From a virus (Duplodnaviria > Caudoviricetes), in the IMG/VR virus record IMGVR_UViG_3300017914_000417, positions 1 through 62,851 of that record: a stretch of DNA of 62,851 bases, one strand, 5' to 3'. The notes beneath the pieces were generated by a model that was not told the DNA's origin, did no database searches, and saw only the letters and a program-made list of their open reading frames with translations. Shown here one piece after another: positions 1 to 8,688 of this stretch. The first letter of the stretch is position 1. The number at the start of each line of letters is the position of its first letter. Position numbers and translations under genes: made by a program.

Positions 1-2059
1 AGTGGTGACAAACCAAGCAGAGGTTAGCGAACCACTTTGGAGGGCAGGGCTATCCATCGCAAAGTTTTGTACGGACGGAGAGAAAGCGGCTCACGCTATA
101 TCGAAAGACCATCCTGAGTACACACGAGAAGATACTATCAAGAAGATAGAACTTATAAAAGGTCCGTACACCTGTGCTAAGTTTGATGAGTTTAACGCTG
201 GGGTTTGCGTTAACTGTCCGAATTGGGGCAAAATTAAGTCGCCAATTACGTTAGGGCAACAAATTAAGGAAGCCGAACCAGACGAGGTAGTGGAAGAAGA
301 GTTAGGGAACTCCCTAACAAAACAGTACGTCATTCCGCCATACCCACGCCCGTATTTTCGTGGCGCAAATGGTGGGGTGTACACTCGCACTACCAACGCT
401 GAAGGCGACATGGACGAAACACTGATATATCACAATGATATATACGTTGTGCGTAGGTTACGTGACCCCGAACTTGGAGAGGCTATAGTTATGCGACTGC
501 ACCTGCCGCAAGACGGGGTGCGCGAGTTTACTGTGCCGCTAACTTCTGTCACCTCAAAAGAAGAGTTTCGCAAAGCTATGGCTATGGAAGGGGTGGCTGT
601 CACAAGAATGGATCCGCTTATGACTTACGTAACATCATGGGTAAACGAGTTACAGACTACTTCTAAGGCTGACAAAGCACACCGCCAGTTTGGGTGGACG
701 GATGAGAAATGCACCTCGTTTGTTTTGGGGGATAGGATTATCCATGCCGACAGCACCGAGCCTAACCCGCCTACTTCGCACACTGCCAGCCTTCTACCGT
801 CATTCGAGCCTAGAGGTGACATAGAAGAATGGAAGTCAATGCTGAACTTCTACAACAAAGACGGTTTTCAGTTACATCAGTTTGTTATCGGTGCGTCATT
901 TGGTTCGGCTTTGATGGAGTTATCGTCTATAAACTGCGCTGGTATCCACCTGTACGGCAAGTCAGGCGTGGGTAAAACTACGGCTATGGAAGCAGGGCTA
1001 AGTTTATGGGGCAACCCGAAGAACTTGCTGACATCGCAAAACGACACGCACAACACCCGTATGCACAGGGGCGAGATATACCATAGTCTTCCGCTGTATA
1101 TGGACGAACTTACTAACGCTAGGGCGTGGGAGTTGTCCGATATTGTGTATCAGCTTACTAGCGGTAAGCAACGTGGGCGTATGTCCAGTGGTAGCAATAC
1201 AGAACGTTATCGGGGCGAGCCGTGGAAACTGTTAGCAGTGACATCGGCAAACGCTAGTATGTGGGAAAAGATTAGCGGTGCGAAAGCTATGCCGACAGCA
1301 GAGGCACAGCGGATGCTAGAGGTAAATGTGCCTAAGATGGAACTGCCACCAAAAGAGCAGACCGATGCACTACAGCATAAAGTTGCCAATAACTACGGCC
1401 TGGCGGCGGAGCAGTACATACAATACGTGATAAGAAATCTAGACGAAGTTAAAAAACTCATAAACCAGGTCCAGCTACGTCTCGATGAACAGGCTGGGCT
1501 AGAAGCCGCCAACAGGTTCTGGTCTGTTGCAGGTACGATGCCCATTGTGGGTATTCTAATCGCCAAGCAGTTGGGCTTTGTATCATATGATACTAAACAG
1601 CTGTTTGCATGGGTGGTGGACACTCTGAAGCAGAACGTACGTGGTGTCAAAGATATGGACGTATCCGTAGAACAGACCCTGAATGATTATATGCACGAAC
1701 ATTGGGGCAATGTGCTGTGGATTAAAAGCACGGACGACCTACGCGGCAAGGCTGTGGACAACGGTGGGCTGGACTCGCTCATCACGCCAGAAATACTGCC
1801 GAGGGGCAAGCTGATAGCGCGGTATGAGACCGATGTAAAACGCGCCTACTTACTACCTAAACCTTTGAAGGCGTGGTGTGTAGAACAGCAGATACACTAC
1901 GGTATGTTTATACAGGATTTAAAAACTAAGATGGGCGCCCAGCAGAAGAAGGTGCGGTTGAGTAAAGGCACGAACATGAGCCTGCCGCCAACGTCATGCT
2001 ATGTTGTCCACTGTGATATAGAAGGCGTGGATGAAACAGGGAATACTCAGGAAGAATGA
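1..2059 (+). CDS. Primase-helicase, C-terminal part (PriCT-like + Cys cluster + DUF927 helicase); 5'-truncated
   Basis: EPLWRAGLSIAKFC, C-x8-C-x2-C, Walker A GKSGVGKT, Walker B LYMDE; N-terminal primase half at 62229-62851. Confidence 0.85.
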   Translation, partial: VVTNQAEVSEPLWRAGLSIAKFCTDGEKAAHAISKDHPEYTREDTIKKIELIKGPYTCAKFDEFNAGVCVNCPNWGKIKSPITLGQQIKEAEPDEVVEEELGNSLTKQYVIPPYPRPYFRGANGGVYTRTTNAEGDMDETLIYHNDIYVVRRLRDPELGEAIVMRLHLPQDGVREFTVPLTSVTSKEEFRKAMAMEGVAVTRMDPLMTYVTSWVNELQTTSKADKAHRQFGWTDEKCTSFVLGDRIIHADSTEPNPPTSHTASLLPSFEPRGDIEEWKSMLNFYNKDGFQLHQFVIGASFGSALMELSSINCAGIHLYGKSGVGKTTAMEAGLSLWGNPKNLLTSQNDTHNTRMHRGEIYHSLPLYMDELTNARAWELSDIVYQLTSGKQRGRMSSGSNTERYRGEPWKLLAVTSANASMWEKISGAKAMPTAEAQRMLEVNVPKMELPPKEQTDALQHKVANNYGLAAEQYIQYVIRNLDEVKKLINQVQLRLDEQAGLEAANRFWSVAGTMPIVGILIAKQLGFVSYDTKQLFAWVVDTLKQNVRGVKDMDVSVEQTLNDYMHEHWGNVLWIKSTDDLRGKAVDNGGLDSLITPEILPRGKLIARYETDVKRAYLLPKPLKAWCVEQQIHYGMFIQDLKTKMGAQQKKVRLSKGTNMSLPPTSCYVVHCDIEGVDETGNTQEE
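301..318. repeat. Palindrome GTTAGGG-AACT-CCCTAAC (in helicase CDS)
   Basis: Read directly. Confidence 0.9.
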
Positions 2060-2258
2060 CCTAAACCCAGACGGTGTAAAGATAACTATATCTTGGGATA
2101 ATATGTCGGTAGGCACATCAATATTTGTACCTTGCCTAAATACCGAAAAAGCATCACGTCAAATAAAGGCCATAACTAACGAAAAAGGTTGGCAAATTAA
2201 GCAGAAGGTCAGGATTGAGGACGGTAAATTAGGTCTTCGTGTGTGGAGATTTGTATGA
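2031..2258 (+). CDS. Conserved phage hypothetical protein (75 aa)
   Basis: Overlaps helicase stop; W..M..GTSIFVPC...GLRVWR pattern typical of small phage proteins. Confidence 0.7.
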   Translation: MKQGILRKNDLNPDGVKITISWDNMSVGTSIFVPCLNTEKASRQIKAITNEKGWQIKQKVRIEDGKLGLRVWRFV

Positions 2259-2264
2259 TAGACT
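2256..2264 (+). promoter_or_regulatory. Putative extended -10 promoter (TG-A-TAGACT) for candidate sRNA
   Basis: TGnTAnnnT match ending about 6 nt before hairpin at 2270. Confidence 0.4.
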
Positions 2265-2269
2265 GTTTT

Positions 2270-2350
2270 CGACAGACCTTTTTCTTCTTTGGTCATGTCG
2301 TTTCTCCAAAGCCCCCTACTGTTTGATGACGGCAGTAGGGGGTATTTTAT
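2270..2350 (+). ncRNA. Candidate antisense small RNA (two hairpins, anti-RBS segment)
   Basis: Hairpin CGACA-GACC/GGTC-A-TGTCG, then TTTCTCC, then terminator; 2292-2308 is the exact reverse complement of 47676-47692. Confidence 0.55.
2312..2350. terminator. Intrinsic terminator between the convergent arms (possibly bidirectional)
   Basis: Stem CCCCCTACTG/CAGTAGGGGG followed by TATTTTATT. Confidence 0.75.
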
Positions 2351-5300
2351 TCCCACTCACGGGAGTACTGGAGTAGCGAGGCGCGTAGCATTGGGCTAAG
2401 AGTGATGCCGTTGTGCATATTCTTACTTGTCTTTATATGAGTCTCGATAGATTTGTTTATAGTTTTGCTGTCAATACCTGCACCTTTTGCGGCATGTTTT
2501 TTGTTAAACTTCTCTATGTCTTTCAAAGCCTTTGTACGGTCATACGGACTACCAGCCCTTATCGCCATATAGAAACGCCGTAACAGCTTCGTGCGTTGTT
2601 CCAAGATGCTCCGCTCTATGCCTTTTAGAGAACGGTTTCTTTCCTGTTCAAAGTTATATCGTGCAGGGGTAAACCCTAAGAACTTACCGAAATGCTCAGT
2701 TAGAGTTATATCGTCCAGAATTATATCACCACGTCTTGTCTTGAACGCACCGTCTCTTTGTAGCCGCCCGACTAGTGAAGTGTATGCGTTAGCAACAGCA
2801 GGGGGTAAGAAGCCTTCAATCCCTCGTTCGATATCTCCGTTCAGCAAGTCATTACCTGCTCTAACACCTCTGCCCAATGTACTTAAGAACGGGCCCCCAA
2901 AATAGAAGCCAATAGTTTCCTCTAAAGATGCGTCCTCGTTATATCTGTTCTCTTGCACCACGAGGTCAGTAAGTTTAGCGCGTGACGCTATGTCTACACC
3001 AGTCAGTTGGTTAAGGGCTCCTTTATACCAACCCTCCCCAATAGATTTACGCACGATAGTATCGAAGTCTTCCTCATCGTCTTCAGTGAACATAAGGTCG
3101 TACAGTGAAGATATTACACCGTATAAAGGCAATCCATGTACCCCCGCAAAGAACAAGGCCGCACCGTGCATACTAACTAGTTGTTTACGTGCTAACGCCC
3201 GTAGTTCAGGATCTCCAGTAGAGCTGTAATCTATCGCTCTGAGTGCAGATTTGAACATAGTGTAGTACATATTAAGACCATAACTCTTATACATAAGAGC
3301 GATACGCCCCAGCCCTTCTTGAGATAATCTCGGTGCAGTTTCGAGAGCTAGGCCACCGTTAAGTTGCTCTGCTTGGTAGATAGCTTCAGATGTAGCTAAC
3401 TCGTTTTTCTGCGCAGTGGTTAGGTCGTTAGTGTTTATATATTTACCTTCTACTTCAGAGAATATACGAGGTTTGGTATCTATCTCTTTTCTTAGCAACC
3501 TGTAGTTAGCAAACAGTATGGTTTGTCTGTTAAACTTCTCCACTATGTTAAAACCAAATGCTGACAACTCTACGGTTTTATCCGCTAAACCTTTTGCTCT
3601 AGCACTCTCATCAAGGCCGAGATTATCCAGCAGGAACGACCGCGCTAAGTACCCTCTTTCTGCCGCCGCCTTAATTATGGGTGTATAGGCTTTTAGGATT
3701 TGTTTCTCTTCGTTAGTCAGGTAGTCTAGACCCTCTTTGAGAGTGTAGTTACCGTCTTTGTCGACATCGAAGTACTCATCAACTTGTTCTGGTTTGTCTT
3801 TGTTACCAAAGATCCTGCGCTGTTTAGGTAGCCCTACGACAAGTTTAGACATATTTGTAGCTTCGGATATAGCGCCTATAGTGTCGTCCATACCATGCCT
3901 AGCCGCCATATAAGGGGCGGCAAACAACGGTATCTGAGATAAGTTAATTATCGCTGACGATGTGTTGAACCCGATTGTATATAAAAAGGCGAGTTGATTA
4001 GCCCCCTTTACGAACGGCTCGCGTTGCTTGTTCTTAGCACCGTTACGCGCAAAATCTAAGCGGTTAGTAAGCTCTACTTTAACATTCTGTACATCAGCGG
4101 CTAGCTTCTGCTTAAAACCTTTCATGCCAGCGGCAGGGGGGTCGGTAGGCTTGATGCCTTCTAATTCTTTCTGCAACTCTCTAAACGTGACACCGTACTT
4201 TAGTTTTACCGCCTGTCTACCGATATCATACGCTTTAGTTTGTAGAGCTAGGCCTGTGTCTTCGATAAACCCAGCAGTTCCTTTACGTTTTTGCAGTGAC
4301 TTAGCAAAAGAAGTTTCAGGAAGAGTATCTACGAACAGCCGCATAAACCGCTCTTTAACTATCGGGTCAACGTTAGTGCTATCCAGCAATTCAAAAGTCT
4401 GCCTAACAAAGGAGCTAGGCGGAGTTTGCTCGAAGAACTTACTAGTTTGTGTGTCCTCTGTTTCTACAGTCAAGTTAGGGTCTTTACGTAGTTCTCTTGC
4501 AAAAGCGTCTCTCTCACTAATACTTGTGTATGCGAAAAACGCGTAGGACTCTTCAGGGCTTTGTGCCGCTTTGTTGATTACTTTCAGTGTGTATTGGCCT
4601 TCACGAACAAGAGGGAAATACACTTCTAATGACCCCGATGCAAACAAACGAGCAAAGATATCATTCTTCAGTTTTTTAGCTCTTGCTTTTCCGTCTTGCA
4701 TATCTTTGGTCATGCTGTCGATTTCGCCAAAGATTACAGATTTCAACTCTGCGTATTGCTTAGAATACAATTCACGTATCTGCTGATACATCTTCTTGCC
4801 ATCTGCACCGAGAGCATCCCAATCCCTACGTTGCATATCCCATATCTCAGCTAGATTGTTACCATCCTTGTCGATTCGCGGTGTGCCGTCCTTGTTTTCG
4901 TAGTTCGACCGCGCTCGCTGTGGGTCTACCTGATACAGTGTAGCTCCGTACTTACCGTTGTAGATTACACGGTCTAGTGCTGTTTTCTTTGTGGGGTTTG
5001 CCTTTGCCCACGGCGCCCATTTTTCACGGATAAAATCGTTTACAACTTTATCAGAATCGTTTATCGCCCCACGTTGTTCTTCTATGGCCTTGTGGATTCT
5101 TGCCCCGATGTTCCCCAGCCCTACTAAGTTAGCTATATCGCCCATAGACTTTGTGCCTACAAGACCCATAGCAAGGTTCTTGATTTTTGTGTTGCTGGTC
5201 AGGAAAATATCTAACAGTTTGTTTGCTGGCTTAGTACCTCGCCCACTTTGCACGCCACCTAAGAATTTACCCGTTTCAGAGGAGGCCACGCCTTGCTGTG

Positions 5301-8300
5301 CTATTTGACTAATACCATCTGGTGTACCTGCCATATATAGTAGGCCAGCGTTTCTAGTCTCAGGCGATACCGCTAACAGTCCGTCAACAAGACCGTCAAA
5401 CTTGTCCTGTGCAGAACCTATCTTCTTAGAGTCGAGACCTACAAGGTTACGTACGAAGTTAGTTAATGTATTGAGAAAACGTTGTAGTGCGCTTATAGGC
5501 TTGCCGTCTGGATGGATACCACCTAGCTTTGCTTGGAACTCAGGGTTAGTCATAGCTTCTGCTACAAATTCATCCACAGACTGAGCGCCATAGTAGGTAT
5601 CCAGCACGTCTTTTACTTCGTTAAACAACTTGGTCAGCTGTTTAGTTATAGGGTGCGACTTGTTGGCAAGTGTAGCATTAGTTGCAGCGTGCACCATCTC
5701 GTGTAGGATAGTATGCGGATTCATACCTATTTCGGCATCAAGCGTAATAGTGTTGGTCTTAGGGTCAAACATACCTGCACCGAGCTTGCCATTAGGCATA
5801 CGGATAAGACCTGTTACTTCTACTTTTGTATCCCCAACATATTTTTGCAGCTTCGAGGCTATCTTACGTACGTTAGGATCTGGTGACGTAGCCGACAACG
5901 CTGCCAGGGCCTCACCAAGTTCTCCTGCTTCTAACAACTTCTTTATAGTTGGGTGTACAGGGGTATCCAGCGCCATTATAGCATCGGCATCGAGAAAGTC
6001 TGGTAAGAAATCTAGGTCGTCTAGGTCGCTAAGAGTTTCACGGAAATCAGCGCCTGTGAATCGCGCATTAAACTCTTTAAGGTCTTTCTGTACCTCTTTA
6101 GCGTATTCTTTAGCTTTCTTCGCTTCTATCTTACGCTGTTCTGCTACCTTGTCTCGTCTGGTACTTTCTTTCCGTTTTTGGTCGGAGAACGATTCTTCTT
6201 GCTGTTCAACCAGCTCATCTAAAGTTTTGTTAGCTTCAGGGCTTAGATTTTTACGTACCCATTCTTTAGCGTTATTAGCGGCTTGCTTCCCTTTACCAGC
6301 GAAATACTGCCGAGCCCCTGGGGAATCCTGTGCAGTAGTTTGTTCTTGGTCGTTACCAAAAATAGATTCGTGGGCTATGGCTTCTAGCGCATCGTTAGCA
6401 CTTTCGTGGGTAGAAAAGTATTTTTGTGCGTCACGTTCTTGAGCGGCTTCTGGTGTTTCTTGTTTCTTAGAACGCTGCTTTTTTAGTTTTGTTTTCACCA
6501 AAGAAATAACTTTATCTGTGTCCTCTACAGACGCAGGGCCTAGTTTTGGCTGTGTGTAAAACTCTAGCTTAGATGATTCCGCACGGACTTCTGTAGGTGC
6601 TACAGCTTTCTCAACTTTTGCCCGCTTTGATATCTTGTTAAGAGCCTTTACCTCGTCTTTTAACGCTTGGGCTGTAGTTTGGCGTGCGGCCTTATCTACT
6701 TTCGCTTGCGCGGCTTTAGCGGCTTTCTTTTTCGCAGCTGCGGTTACTTTTGGTTGGGCTACTTTAGCTTTTGTAACAGGCACAGGAGCAGCTTTTGCGG
6801 CCTTTTGCGCTTTCTTAGCCGCAGCTACTTGGGCGTTAGCTTTTGCTTTTGTAATACGCTCTATAACTTCTTGCCCTGACATTGTGGACTCTTGAAGTTC
6901 TGGCGATGGTGTAACGGTTTGTGGGGTTGTTAAGTCTGCACCAACAGGTTCTGGCACGCGAGCGCGTTCCCTATCTGCCGCCAAACGCTGCACGAGTTCC
7001 GCAGGGTCAAAGGTATCGCGGTCAGTTTCGGCAGCGGCGACTGGTTGGTCTAGTGTATCGTCGAGCTGTCCTTGTCTGACATTATCTCTGCGAGGTAATA
7101 GTTCAGGGCGATCCAGTCGTCTGGCTCCAGCTTCTGTAGTGCTTTCGGGAACTCGCTCGGCTCTGGCAGCTTGCTCCAGCTCCAGTACACCATCCTCAGT
7201 GCTTCTTCTAGATTCTTCTGCGACAGGACTGGTAGGTACAGGATCTCTTCTTCCACTATCAGGTCGTCCATCTCGTCTAGCTCGTACATCTGCACCTCCC
7301 TCGCTATCCGTTTCGGCAGCGTCGAGTGCAAGAGATTGCTGCCTAGAATCTTTACGCGCAGCTTCTAACTCTAGTTCGGCTCTCTGGTTCTCACGAACTA
7401 CCTCGTTAAACTGTTGTTCGTCCCGAATCCGCATATTGCTCTCATCGAGGCGTCTTTGTATGTCTGCACGGGCTTCTGCGTCTTGCTCCTCATCAAGCAT
7501 ACGCTCCAATGCTACAGTTTCTTCCACTGTCCCTGCTGGTGGATCTTGTCGGGTACCTAGATCTTGTCCTGTAAATAACTCACCCTGTGTTAAATTTGCG
7601 GGGAGCGGAGTAGGTGTGCGCTGCTGTGCTTGTACTTCTTCATCCTGATCGGTCATTGCGTCAGGCTGTAAGTTAGGATCTTCTGCTAATCTAGCTAGTT
7701 CGTCTTGCGACCTAGAAGTTCTGCCTTTTCTTCCTTGTAAGAAGTCTATAGCACCCTGAAATACTGCGCCAGCCATACCGCCAGCTTGAGCCTCTTTAAT
7801 TGCTTCTTCGTTAAAGAAGTCTGCTTCAGGATTGTACCCTTGCTCAATCGCGTTCTGTGCTAACGCCGCACCAAATTCCTGCGCTGCTTCTAATCCGCCT
7901 GTGCTAAGTGCGGATCGTGCTTTTTTCCTAAGCGTGTCAGTAGGTCCGTTTACAAGCACTCTCTGTAGTACTTTGTTTACCCCAGGAAGTTTGTTTAAGA
8001 ACCTAACAAATGGTATTACTTCAGTGGCTCCGACTAGCCCACCTAATCTTTCAGCCTGCTCTTCTTCCTCTTTCGTTGCACCGAAAGCTCTAGCTCGACT
8101 ACTAGCCTCACCAACACCCGCACCGACACCCATAGCAGCACCGACACCAAGACCTATCGCACTAGTAACTCCCGCCCCTGCACCTAATGCGGGCGCTCCT
8201 AAAGCCACTGCCGCAGCTGGGGCTAAAAAGCCAGCAATAGACCCAAGCCCAGACCCTAGCAAGTACGATAGGCTATCTCTGTCTGCAACATCATATGTGG

Positions 8301-8679
8301 TGGCATCTCTAAAACGGTCTAGCTGCCTTTCAACACTTTTTTCGCCTTGCTCATCTAGGAGTAGGGAAGCGCCACCTTCAACAACAGACGCACCTGTGCT
8401 AGTAAAGCCTTCAGAAGCACCTTTAGCAAGAGACTCAAACATCCCTTGATCGTCTAGCTCAGCTTGTTTTTTCTTTTCTAATGCAGCGGCTAAGTCGCGC
8501 TCGTATAATTCTTCTGGGGATGGGCCAGCACTGGTAGTTGATTGTGTACCAAAAATAGGCGCAGATTGAGCCGCAAGGTCTCGCTGTAACGCAGCAATTA
8601 GCTCATCGTCGGTAGCGTCATCAGGCCCTTCGATGGTGTAAATTTCGCCATCAGGCCCTTCGATATTATACCTACGCAT
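2347..8679 (-). CDS. Giant internal virion/ejection protein, polyvalent type (zincin-like peptidase, PLxRFG-like segment)
   Basis: 2110 aa, last gene of late arm; HTILHEMVH...EFVAEA; YFPLVREGQY; duplicated N-terminal IEGPD. Confidence 0.75.
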   Translation of the reverse strand: MRRYNIEGPDGEIYTIEGPDDATDDELIAALQRDLAAQSAPIFGTQSTTSAGPSPEELYERDLAAALEKKKQAELDDQGMFESLAKGASEGFTSTGASVVEGGASLLLDEQGEKSVERQLDRFRDATTYDVADRDSLSYLLGSGLGSIAGFLAPAAAVALGAPALGAGAGVTSAIGLGVGAAMGVGAGVGEASSRARAFGATKEEEEQAERLGGLVGATEVIPFVRFLNKLPGVNKVLQRVLVNGPTDTLRKKARSALSTGGLEAAQEFGAALAQNAIEQGYNPEADFFNEEAIKEAQAGGMAGAVFQGAIDFLQGRKGRTSRSQDELARLAEDPNLQPDAMTDQDEEVQAQQRTPTPLPANLTQGELFTGQDLGTRQDPPAGTVEETVALERMLDEEQDAEARADIQRRLDESNMRIRDEQQFNEVVRENQRAELELEAARKDSRQQSLALDAAETDSEGGADVRARRDGRPDSGRRDPVPTSPVAEESRRSTEDGVLELEQAARAERVPESTTEAGARRLDRPELLPRRDNVRQGQLDDTLDQPVAAAETDRDTFDPAELVQRLAADRERARVPEPVGADLTTPQTVTPSPELQESTMSGQEVIERITKAKANAQVAAAKKAQKAAKAAPVPVTKAKVAQPKVTAAAKKKAAKAAQAKVDKAARQTTAQALKDEVKALNKISKRAKVEKAVAPTEVRAESSKLEFYTQPKLGPASVEDTDKVISLVKTKLKKQRSKKQETPEAAQERDAQKYFSTHESANDALEAIAHESIFGNDQEQTTAQDSPGARQYFAGKGKQAANNAKEWVRKNLSPEANKTLDELVEQQEESFSDQKRKESTRRDKVAEQRKIEAKKAKEYAKEVQKDLKEFNARFTGADFRETLSDLDDLDFLPDFLDADAIMALDTPVHPTIKKLLEAGELGEALAALSATSPDPNVRKIASKLQKYVGDTKVEVTGLIRMPNGKLGAGMFDPKTNTITLDAEIGMNPHTILHEMVHAATNATLANKSHPITKQLTKLFNEVKDVLDTYYGAQSVDEFVAEAMTNPEFQAKLGGIHPDGKPISALQRFLNTLTNFVRNLVGLDSKKIGSAQDKFDGLVDGLLAVSPETRNAGLLYMAGTPDGISQIAQQGVASSETGKFLGGVQSGRGTKPANKLLDIFLTSNTKIKNLAMGLVGTKSMGDIANLVGLGNIGARIHKAIEEQRGAINDSDKVVNDFIREKWAPWAKANPTKKTALDRVIYNGKYGATLYQVDPQRARSNYENKDGTPRIDKDGNNLAEIWDMQRRDWDALGADGKKMYQQIRELYSKQYAELKSVIFGEIDSMTKDMQDGKARAKKLKNDIFARLFASGSLEVYFPLVREGQYTLKVINKAAQSPEESYAFFAYTSISERDAFARELRKDPNLTVETEDTQTSKFFEQTPPSSFVRQTFELLDSTNVDPIVKERFMRLFVDTLPETSFAKSLQKRKGTAGFIEDTGLALQTKAYDIGRQAVKLKYGVTFRELQKELEGIKPTDPPAAGMKGFKQKLAADVQNVKVELTNRLDFARNGAKNKQREPFVKGANQLAFLYTIGFNTSSAIINLSQIPLFAAPYMAARHGMDDTIGAISEATNMSKLVVGLPKQRRIFGNKDKPEQVDEYFDVDKDGNYTLKEGLDYLTNEEKQILKAYTPIIKAAAERGYLARSFLLDNLGLDESARAKGLADKTVELSAFGFNIVEKFNRQTILFANYRLLRKEIDTKPRIFSEVEGKYINTNDLTTAQKNELATSEAIYQAEQLNGGLALETAPRLSQEGLGRIALMYKSYGLNMYYTMFKSALRAIDYSSTGDPELRALARKQLVSMHGAALFFAGVHGLPLYGVISSLYDLMFTEDDEEDFDTIVRKSIGEGWYKGALNQLTGVDIASRAKLTDLVVQENRYNEDASLEETIGFYFGGPFLSTLGRGVRAGNDLLNGDIERGIEGFLPPAVANAYTSLVGRLQRDGAFKTRRGDIILDDITLTEHFGKFLGFTPARYNFEQERNRSLKGIERSILEQRTKLLRRFYMAIRAGSPYDRTKALKDIEKFNKKHAAKGAGIDSKTINKSIETHIKTSKNMHNGITLSPMLRASLLQYSREWE
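7050..7289 (-). CDS. Candidate overprinted gene (79 aa) in the +1 frame of the giant ejection protein
   Basis: GGAGGT 4 nt before ATG at 7289; acidic, amphipathic helical sequence MYELDEMDDL...DKDSSTIH. Confidence 0.55.
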   Translation of the reverse strand: MYELDEMDDLIVEEEILYLPVLSQKNLEEALRMVYWSWSKLPEPSEFPKALQKLEPDDWIALNYYLAEIMSDKDSSTIH

Positions 8680-8688
8680 AGCAACTAC

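Noticed and set aside
2159-2356. Minus-strand ORF using GGAGAAACGAC-ATG at 2296
   Set aside because: Antisense to a credible gene, lies beyond the terminator hairpin and is not protein-like; kept only as the alternative to the sRNA model.
2347-8679. Virion RNA polymerase (N4-like) that would read the hairpin palindromes
   Set aside because: No recognisable RNA polymerase catalytic motifs seen; an HHpred search would settle it.
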